This document shows positions 56,883-64,000 of a stretch of 64,000 nt of DNA, one piece after another. The position numbers and the translations under genes were made by a program. This DNA comes from Candidatus Binatia bacterium (GTDB taxonomy: Bacteria; Desulfobacterota; Binatia; HRBIN30), in NCBI GenBank assembly GCA_038245295.1, contig JBBRSP010000007.1, positions 128,001 to 192,000 of the forward strand, written 5' to 3'. A model generated the notes under the pieces. That model searched no databases and was not told where the DNA came from. It saw only the letters and a list, made by a program, of their open reading frames with translations. Numbering within the stretch: position 1 is the stretch's first letter; each line of letters starts with the position of its first letter.

Positions 56883-58331
56883 CTACACGGCTCCCGGCGT
56901 CGCCGGGGTGCGCGATGAGTTGCGCCGCTTGCGCATCGTCGTCAGAAACTCGCCGGCTTCGCGCATCAAGCGCTTGCGCTCGTCGGAGCTGCCGATCATC
57001 TTCTTGGCCGCCTTTATGAAGTACTTCGGACGGAAGTAGTACGAGCGGTAGACACGTTCGACCGCGTCGAAAATTTCCTGCGATGACAGGCCGGGGTAGC
57101 TGACGGTGCACTTTTGGTAGCCGGCTTCGTCATTGTAGACGTCCTGCACCAGGAAGCCGTTCTCTTTGACGTAGTTGTAGAAATGCGTGCCCGGGTATGG
57201 CGAAGCCAGCGAAACCTGCAGAGTTTCCGGGTTCATTTCACGCGCGAACTTGATCGTCTCGTTGATGGTTTCCATCGTCTCGCCCGGCAGACCGACGATG
57301 AACGTGCCATGGATCAGGATGCCGATCTCGTGGCAGTCCTTGGTGAAGCGGCGGGCGCGTTCGACACTCACACCCTTCTTGATGTTCTTGAGGATCTCTT
57401 CGTTACCCGACTCGTAACCGACGACGAAAAGGCGCAAGCCGCCGTCCTTCATCGATTTCAACGTCTCACGATCGACGTTGGCTCGGGCGTTGGTCGACCA
57501 ACAGAGGTTCTGCGTCTTGAACAAGTCGGCTAGCTGGCGGGCTCGCAGGGGGTCGGCCGTGAACGTGTCGTCGTCGAAGAAGATCTCTTTCATCTTCGGG
57601 AAACGCCGCGGCATCTCCTTCACTTCCTCGAAAACATTCTCAGGGCTCCGCGTGCGATACGAATGCCCCGTGGTCACCTGTGGCCACAGGCAGAACGTGC
57701 AACGCGCCGGACAACCGCGGCCGGTGTAAAGTGAAACGTACGGATATTGGCAGTAGGGACTGTTGTACTTGAGATAGTCGAGATCGCGTTCGTAGATCTG
57801 CGTCACGAACGGCAGCGCATCGAGTTGCTCACGCGTCATCGGTGCCGAATCTGGATTGTGCGTGATGACGCCGTTCTTGCGGTAGCTTAGACCTGGGATC
57901 GAGGCCCAGTCCTTGCCGGCAGCAAGGTCGACCAGCGCGTGATCGAACTCTTTGCGGGCGATGACATCGATCGCGTCGCCGAAGTCGAGCGATTCCTGCG
58001 GCTGCGCCGTGACGTGGCCGCCGACAAACGCAATCGTCGCCTTGGGATTCAGATCCTTGATCATCCGCGCCGTGCGCACATCGAGTTTGAACGATGGCGT
58101 GCTGGTGTGCAGGACCACGAAATCATACTTCGAAGCCGTAGAGACCACCTCGGCCTGCTTCAGGTGCTCCGGCGGCGCGTCGAGCAAACGCGCCCCTTCG
58201 ATCATTCCAGCCGGATAAGCGAGCCAGGTGGGATACCAGAACGACCAGACTTCACGCGTCGCCTGGTAGCGGGAACCCGCTCCACCATCAAAATCGTCGT
58301 AGGAGGGCGGATTAAGAAGGATAGTCTTCAT
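56883..58331 (-). CDS. hpnJ: Hopanoid biosynthesis-associated radical SAM protein HpnJ
   Basis: NPPSYDDFDGGAGSRYQATRE..SFWYPTWLA N-terminus; GRGCPARCTFCLWPQ; FFDDDTFT. Confidence 0.93.
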   Translation of the reverse strand: MKTILLNPPSYDDFDGGAGSRYQATREVWSFWYPTWLAYPAGMIEGARLLDAPPEHLKQAEVVSTASKYDFVVLHTSTPSFKLDVRTARMIKDLNPKATIAFVGGHVTAQPQESLDFGDAIDVIARKEFDHALVDLAAGKDWASIPGLSYRKNGVITHNPDSAPMTREQLDALPFVTQIYERDLDYLKYNSPYCQYPYVSLYTGRGCPARCTFCLWPQVTTGHSYRTRSPENVFEEVKEMPRRFPKMKEIFFDDDTFTADPLRARQLADLFKTQNLCWSTNARANVDRETLKSMKDGGLRLFVVGYESGNEEILKNIKKGVSVERARRFTKDCHEIGILIHGTFIVGLPGETMETINETIKFAREMNPETLQVSLASPYPGTHFYNYVKENGFLVQDVYNDEAGYQKCTVSYPGLSSQEIFDAVERVYRSYYFRPKYFIKAAKKMIGSSDERKRLMREAGEFLTTMRKRRNSSRTPATPGAV

Positions 58332-58414
58332 GAGAATATTTCCCCTCGAGTGCGGCGGACACTAACCGAGCACTCAGGGTCAATCAAGACAAGAAAGGTC
58401 TAGATTGAACCCGT

Positions 58415-58526
58415 CGGTAGGCATCAGACGGTAGACGGCGATTCGTCGGCGGGGATGGGATACGACCCTCGTGCCTGCGCCATCCGGGGCGTCGATGAAC
58501 AACCGTCTACCCTCTGCGACCTACCG
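58415..58526. repeat. Long imperfect hairpin (24-bp arms, 20/24 matching)
   Basis: CGGTAGGCATCAGACGGTAGACGG ... CCGTCTACCCTCTGCGACCTACCG. Confidence 0.65.
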
Positions 58527-58537
58527 TGGGGAAGGCA

Positions 58538-58852
58538 TCAGTGCATCGTTGCATGGCAACAGCGAGTGCAGAGATGATTGGTTCCGGTATCGTGAACAAT
58601 GGTCAGATGAACACCGCAAGCCGAGCAGTGATCGTCAACACCCGGCTGAGGGTGGAACGCGCGCCAATGATGGCTGCCAAGGGTTACATCGACCCAGCTC
58701 TCGTGCCGCGCCCGGTTGGTGATGTGCTCAAACACCATCTGCCAATCGTAGTCGGTATGGATCGACATCACCAACCCGCCATGCGGGGTCCTTAGCCTCA
58801 CGTTCTGGTTCGTCTTCATGGTGCCGTGTGACGTGTGCAACTCAGGTGCCAT
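58538..58852 (-). CDS. Small His/Cys-rich hypothetical protein (possible zinc finger)
   Basis: C-terminal HCSAC...LCTRCCH; start could be 58819; fills an otherwise empty intergenic gap. Confidence 0.5.
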   Translation of the reverse strand: MAPELHTSHGTMKTNQNVRLRTPHGGLVMSIHTDYDWQMVFEHITNRARHESWVDVTLGSHHWRAFHPQPGVDDHCSACGVHLTIVHDTGTNHLCTRCCHATMH

Positions 58853-59032
58853 TCATGTCCGACGTGTCAAAGGCCCCAACCTCCGGCACAAGCGTCGCGC
58901 TGGCGGACCACCTGTGCTGCTCAGACTACAGACACTGCCCCGGTGGCAGGCGGCGCTTCAGGAGGCGAGAGTCTAGACAACGTGCCGCGTAGGACGGGCA
59001 ATGCCAGCCCTACGCGGCGTCGTTTCACACAT

Positions 59033-60436
59033 CTACTTCTTCACGTTGATGACCTGGATTGCCGTGAACTCGTTGTAGCCCCAGCGGCCGTTCTCGTAGC
59101 CGATTCCACTCCACTTTGAGCCGCCGAACGGCGTGTACGGCGTGAGGTCCAGATGATGGTTGACCCACCCCGTACCGGAGTCGAGCTCCTGCACCAGCTC
59201 AGCTCCCTTCTGGGGGTCCGATGTCCATACGGAAGCGCCCAGCCCGAAATGTGTGCGATTGGCCTGGGCGACGGCGTCTTCGACCTTGCTGTAGCGAATC
59301 ATCGGCAACGCCATGCCGAACTGCTCCTCGTCGACCAGACGCATGCCTTCTTCCGCCCCACTGACGATCGTCGGCGGGTAAAAATACCCCGAGCCCTCGA
59401 GACGCACGCCGCCCGAATCGACACTGGCACCGGCCTTACGAGCATCGTCGACCAGCTCCATGACTTTATTGAGCTGCATCGAGTTGTTCATCGGTCCGAG
59501 CTGAGTCTCGGGGTCGCTACCCGGCCCGACCCGCACCGACTTGGCACGCGCCACAAGGGCAGCTCGGATGGGTTCGTAAACGCTATCGTGAACATACAAG
59601 CGCTTGATCGCCGCGCAGACTTGCCCCGAGTTCTGAAACGCGCCCCAGAACAGACCTTCGGCGACGGCTTCCGGGTTCACATCGGGCAAGACGATCGCCG
59701 GATCATTGCCGCCGAGCTCGAGGGTGACGCGCTTCAAGTCATCCGCCGCGGCGTGCATGATGCGTTTGCCCGTCGCCACACTGCCGGTGAAGGAGATCTT
59801 ACGCGGCGTCGGATGGGCCGTCATCAGACCACCCAGCTCGTTGCCGCCCGGCACGATGTTGATAACGCCCTTGGGCAAGACATCCTTCAAGATGTCGAAC
59901 AGCAGTAGCGACGACAGCGGCGTGTAGGGCGATGGCTTGGCAACGATGGTGTTGCCGGCGAGCAGGGCCGGAGCCAGCTTCCAACACATGAGGATGACCG
60001 GGAAGTTCCACGGCGTGATGGCCGCCACGACCCCGAGAGGCTTGCGGATAATGGTGATCTTCTTCTCGCTGTCGTCCTGCAGGACTTCCGGTTCGAGCTG
60101 CAGCGACGCGAAGTAGCTGAACCAGATCGACGCCCCGAAGACTTCAGCCATCGCCGCCGTGATCGGCTTGCCCTGCTCCAAACTCAGCAAGGCAGCCAGA
60201 TCTTGCACACGTCCCTGGATCGCCATGGCGCATTCGCCCAGCTTGGCGCGCCGGAGATTCTCGTCTTTGCGCCATTCGCCGAACGCCGCGTTGGCCGCCA
60301 GCATGGCTTGGTCGACATGTTCCTTGGTGGCACGAGCGCAGGTCGCAAACGGCTCGCCCTTGGCGGGGTCGATGACCGGATCCTGCTCCGTCGTGTTTAT
60401 CAACTCACCATTGATCAACATCGGGTAAGACTGCAT
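59033..60436 (-). CDS. Aldehyde dehydrogenase
   Basis: PWNFP, FTGSVATG, LELGGNDP, NSGQVCAA, EEQFG, PFGGSKWSGIG; AAGGAG RBS. Confidence 0.95.
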   Translation of the reverse strand: MQSYPMLINGELINTTEQDPVIDPAKGEPFATCARATKEHVDQAMLAANAAFGEWRKDENLRRAKLGECAMAIQGRVQDLAALLSLEQGKPITAAMAEVFGASIWFSYFASLQLEPEVLQDDSEKKITIIRKPLGVVAAITPWNFPVILMCWKLAPALLAGNTIVAKPSPYTPLSSLLLFDILKDVLPKGVINIVPGGNELGGLMTAHPTPRKISFTGSVATGKRIMHAAADDLKRVTLELGGNDPAIVLPDVNPEAVAEGLFWGAFQNSGQVCAAIKRLYVHDSVYEPIRAALVARAKSVRVGPGSDPETQLGPMNNSMQLNKVMELVDDARKAGASVDSGGVRLEGSGYFYPPTIVSGAEEGMRLVDEEQFGMALPMIRYSKVEDAVAQANRTHFGLGASVWTSDPQKGAELVQELDSGTGWVNHHLDLTPYTPFGGSKWSGIGYENGRWGYNEFTAIQVINVKK

Positions 60437-60580
60437 GGCTGTCTCCTTCTTTTGCGTGACGGATTCTTCGATAGGGGCGGGCGACGACATAGCGGTTCGC
60501 GAACGCCGAGGAAACAACCAGCCCGCTCGCGCTGGCGCCGCTGGTTGCGGGTCCATTTGAAACCCGAAGCGGCGAGGATG

Positions 60581-60823
60581 CGTCATTCCGGCGAACGAGA
60601 CTGTCGTAAAACCAAAGTGGAGCAACGTCATCCCGGTGAAAACCGGGATCTCCCCTGCTGGAAGCCTCGAAAGCTGGCGAGATACCGGCTTTCGCCGGTA
60701 TCTCGGAGGTGGTTGCGCAGTTTCAAACGAAGAATCAGAGAAAATCGGCACACTCGAAAGCCGGAATCTCGCCGGCCTTCCCAGGCTCCACTTGAGGAGA
60801 TCCCGGCTTTCGCCGGGATGACG
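60581..60823. mobile_element. Nested palindromic mini-element (CGTCAT(T/C)CCGGCGAAAGCCGG(A/G)ATCTC family)
   Basis: The outer copy is split at CGAA (60592-60595 / 60755-60758) by a ~160-bp insert that contains a second copy (60626-60705). Confidence 0.7.
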
Positions 60824-61009
60824 TCGCCTACCCCCTCGAAATCAAACGGACCCCACTACCGCTCCGCTGCTCCCCTTTGCCGCCCATCACAGGAAATGGT
60901 ACACCCCCGGACTTTGCAGACCGTCGGCGGCCACGAGAAGGGACATTGAGCGAATGAGGCGATCAACGCGGCTTTCGTTGCGCTTGGCGATCATTTCCCC
61001 GAGCTGATC

Positions 61010-63256
61010 ATGCGTCTGGGCCGGCTCATCGTCGTCGCAATCGCCGCCTGCGCCCTGCGAGGCACGGTGGCCGCCGCACCGACGCCGGCCATTCAACTCC
61101 CTGGTGCGGCGCCGTTTGACGCTGCCTTCCAATCACAACTCCGCGAAGCCTGGAAGAAATCGCCTGTCTACAAGTCCGACAGCTCCCCAAAGTTCATCAA
61201 CCGGTTGATCTTCGCCTCGAGCCCCTACCTGCAGCAACACTCCCTCAACCCCGTAAATTGGTATCCGTGGGGCGACGAGGCCTTTGCCGCCGCCAAGCGC
61301 GATAACAAGCCTGTCTTCCTGTCGATCGGTTACGCCACCTGCCATTGGTGCCACGTCATGGAAGAGGAGAGCTTTAAAAATCCGCAGATCGCCCGCCTCC
61401 TCAACGAGGGGTTCATCTCAATCAAAGTCGACCGCGAGGAGCGCCCCGATATCGATGCCCTCTATATCGCCGCCGTGGAAAAGCTGACCGGCGGCGGGGG
61501 CTGGCCGCTCAACGTCTTCCTCGATCCCGAACGTCAACCGTTCTATGGCGGCACCTACTTCCCACCCAGCGACCGCGGCGGCCGGCCCGGCCTGCCGAAG
61601 GTCCTGCAACAGATCAGCGAGACGTGGAAGTCCGGCCCCGACACGGCGCGCAGCGCGGCCGTATCACTCCTCAAAACCCTCGCCCCTCAGCCGGCGAGCC
61701 CGACCGAGCTGAGCGAGGCAACACTCGCCAAGGCGGCGGCAGATTTCGGCCGCGCCTTCGATGCAACCAACGGTGGCTTCGGCCGAAGTACCAAGTTTCC
61801 GCAACCGCACACCCTCGTGTTCCTGCTGCGGTACGGTGCCCGAGCCAAGGATGCGCAAGCCACCCAGATGGCCGAAACCACGCTCAATCATATGGCAGCC
61901 GGCGCCATCCACGACATTCTGGGCGGTGGCTTCCATCGTTACTCCGTAACCCCCGACTGGACCCAGCCACACTACGAAAAGATGCTCTACGATCAGGCCG
62001 GCATCGCGCGCGCCTACCTCGAAGCATCGCAAGCCCTGCGGCCGCAGTATGGCGAGGTGAGCCGCTTCATCTTTGAGTATGTCCTACGCGACCTGCATTC
62101 GCCGGAGGGCGCCTTCTTCACGGCGGAGGATGCCGACAGCGAAGGCGAAGAGGGACGCTTCTATCTCTGGACCAGGGCGCAGGTCATCAAAGCGCTCGGA
62201 CAAAACAACGGGGCGCTTGTGGCCGACTTCTACAGCCTCACCGAAACGCCGCGGCCACTGGTGATGACCGGGTCGCAGGCGACATTTGTTGAGACGCACA
62301 AGATTGGCAGCAAAGAGTTCGAGAAGGTCATCAACGAGGCGCGTCAGGCGTTGTTGGCGGTGCGTAACCAGCGACCGCGACCGCGCCGCGACGACAAGAT
62401 CATCACCGCCTGGAACGGCTTGATGATCGCCGACCTGGCGCGTGCCGGCGCCATGGAGAGTGCTCCGGATCTCGGCGCGGCGGCGGCGAAGGCGGCCGAT
62501 TTTCTCCTGCGACAGTCACAACGCAACGGCCGGCTGATGCGCAGCTGGCGCAACGGCGTCCTCGGTGTGCCCGGATTTCTCGATGACTATGCATTTCTCA
62601 TCTCGGGTCTGCTCGAGCTCTACGAATCGACCTTCGACCCACGCTGGTTGCGCGAGGCGACGCGGCTGTCGAACGACATGCTGCGTTTGTTCGCCGACCC
62701 TTCAAATGGCAGCCTGCGTTATCGCGCCAGCGACCACGAGGCCTTGGTGGCAACCACGGAGTCACTCGACGATGCGGCGCTGCCGGCGGCTCAATCGGTT
62801 GCCGCCGACGTGCTGTTGCGGCTCGGACGCATGACCACCAATGCCGAGTACGAAAAGGTTGGCCATGCGTTGCTGGCTGCCAACTCCGCCGACGTGGCGC
62901 GATCCCCCACCGCCTATGCGGCGCTGCTGCAAGCGCTGATGTTTGCGCTCGGCCCGTCGAAGGAGATCGTCATCATCGGGCCGCGCGACAGCAAGGATAC
63001 GCAGATCCTCATCGCCATCGCGCACGTCGCCTACTTACCGAATGCCGTCCTCTTGCAGAGCTCTCCGGGCGACACCGAGATCACCAAGCTGGCCCCGTTT
63101 GTCGCCAAGCAGCCGATGCTCGACGGCAAGGCGACGGCTTACGTGTGCGAGAACTATGTGTGCAAGCGCCCGACGAACGACCCGAAACAGTTCGCCATTT
63201 CGCTCGGCGTCCTCAACGCGGCAGCACCGCCGCCGACTCCGGCTGCAGCTCGGTAA
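61010..63256 (+). CDS. YyaL/SSP411 thioredoxin-domain protein (DUF255) with signal peptide
   Basis: [64 protein letters not shown]. Confidence 0.92.
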   Translation: MRLGRLIVVAIAACALRGTVAAAPTPAIQLPGAAPFDAAFQSQLREAWKKSPVYKSDSSPKFINRLIFASSPYLQQHSLNPVNWYPWGDEAFAAAKRDNKPVFLSIGYATCHWCHVMEEESFKNPQIARLLNEGFISIKVDREERPDIDALYIAAVEKLTGGGGWPLNVFLDPERQPFYGGTYFPPSDRGGRPGLPKVLQQISETWKSGPDTARSAAVSLLKTLAPQPASPTELSEATLAKAAADFGRAFDATNGGFGRSTKFPQPHTLVFLLRYGARAKDAQATQMAETTLNHMAAGAIHDILGGGFHRYSVTPDWTQPHYEKMLYDQAGIARAYLEASQALRPQYGEVSRFIFEYVLRDLHSPEGAFFTAEDADSEGEEGRFYLWTRAQVIKALGQNNGALVADFYSLTETPRPLVMTGSQATFVETHKIGSKEFEKVINEARQALLAVRNQRPRPRRDDKIITAWNGLMIADLARAGAMESAPDLGAAAAKAADFLLRQSQRNGRLMRSWRNGVLGVPGFLDDYAFLISGLLELYESTFDPRWLREATRLSNDMLRLFADPSNGSLRYRASDHEALVATTESLDDAALPAAQSVAADVLLRLGRMTTNAEYEKVGHALLAANSADVARSPTAYAALLQALMFALGPSKEIVIIGPRDSKDTQILIAIAHVAYLPNAVLLQSSPGDTEITKLAPFVAKQPMLDGKATAYVCENYVCKRPTNDPKQFAISLGVLNAAAPPPTPAAAR

Positions 63257-64000
63257 CATACTTCACCTCGCCCGACGTGTTGCGTACCTCGATAAACGCA
63301 TTGCCGACGGCGTCGATGCGCATCTCACCGAACGTGAACCACGTCTTGGCTTCTTCGAAATCGACGCCCGCCTTGAAGGCCGGATACGTCAGCAAGCGCT
63401 GCGGCTTCAACGTATCGTCCCACTCGTGGCCAGGGTAGACACCAGCCTGCAGTGGCCCAACTTCCAACTCTAGAAAGTGAAACCACGGCGCGTCGTCGAA
63501 GGGTTGATAACGCGTCACCGCCGTGTAGTGGACGTCGGTCGACAGCCACACGGTGTTGTTGATCTTGTGATCGCGCAGGAATCGGACGATGGCGAGCAAC
63601 TCCTGCTCGAAGCCGGTCGTCGTATCGAAGTTGGCCCAGCCATCGCGGCCATGCAGGCGGCCGCCGGTCGGAATCGACAGCGGCACACTCGTCACGATGA
63701 CTTTCCAGGTCGCATCGGAGTTGGCCAGACCATCCAAGAGCCATTGCCGCTGTGCCGGGCCGAGCATGGTTTTCGGATGATCGGGGCTGTCGATCATGGC
63801 GTTCGGGTCGCGGAAGCTGCGCGTATCGAGGAAGAAGACCTCCAGATGCTTGCCCCAGCGCACGTTGCGGAAAAACGGCGCGCCGTCACGCAACGGATTG
63901 TAGTCGCCGAAGGCTTTGACACCCGGCGCAAACAAATGGCGCCCGGCCTCATCGGTATCCTCCGTCGGTCCCGCATCGTTGCGTACTTCGTGGTCGTCGT
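63213..64000 (-). CDS. Alkaline phosphatase D family protein (5' end beyond window)
   Basis: Frame is open to the window edge with [34 protein letters not shown]. Confidence 0.88.
   Translation of the reverse strand, partial: DDHEVRNDAGPTEDTDEAGRHLFAPGVKAFGDYNPLRDGAPFFRNVRWGKHLEVFFLDTRSFRDPNAMIDSPDHPKTMLGPAQRQWLLDGLANSDATWKVIVTSVPLSIPTGGRLHGRDGWANFDTTTGFEQELLAIVRFLRDHKINNTVWLSTDVHYTAVTRYQPFDDAPWFHFLELEVGPLQAGVYPGHEWDDTLKPQRLLTYPAFKAGVDFEEAKTWFTFGEMRIDAVGNAFIEVRNTSGEVKYVTELQPESAAVLPR

Noticed and set aside
60551..60730. TTTGAAAC / GTTTCAAAC as CRISPR repeat ends
   Set aside because: Only two short inverted occurrences, with no regularly spaced direct repeats and no cas genes.
63213..63256. 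44-bp convergent overlap of the yyaL-like and phoD-like genes
   Set aside because: It involves only low-complexity C-terminal tails, which is common in GC-rich genomes.

Overview
A 64-kb GC-rich bacterial chromosomal window with about 57 genes. I found no rRNA, tRNA, CRISPR array, intact transposase or prophage. The gene repertoire suggests Candidatus Binatia/Desulfobacterota_B (inference): a C-terminal 'CxGDC..DG.V.IDEL' dockerin-like module, DUF4215 repeats, a zinc-ribbon/cyclase/STAND protein and hpnJ. Lipid-related content dominates. (i) A six-gene translationally coupled operon at the left edge (NTP-transferase, ITPK1-like ATP-grasp protein, class-III aminotransferase, Gfo/Idh/MocA dehydrogenase, CDP-alcohol phosphotransferase, HpnL/flippase-like protein) looks like an undescribed amino-cyclitol phospholipid or solute pathway. 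(ii) A glpD / alkyl-DHAP-synthase-like / glpK operon. (iii) hpnJ, a FadR plus fatty-acid hydroxylase pair, and plsC. Also present: a secreted nonaheme cytochrome c with Ig-like and dockerin-like domains, an exosortase-H-like pair with a candidate variant-CTERM substrate, bioF-bioA-bioD interrupted by a small membrane-protein gene missing from the ORF track, EfpL, RNase R, MazG, MurJ, PyrF, LarC, a frameshifted FMN reductase, and several classes of intergenic palindromic mini-elements, one of them nested. All functional calls come from motif recognition by eye; no database search was run.
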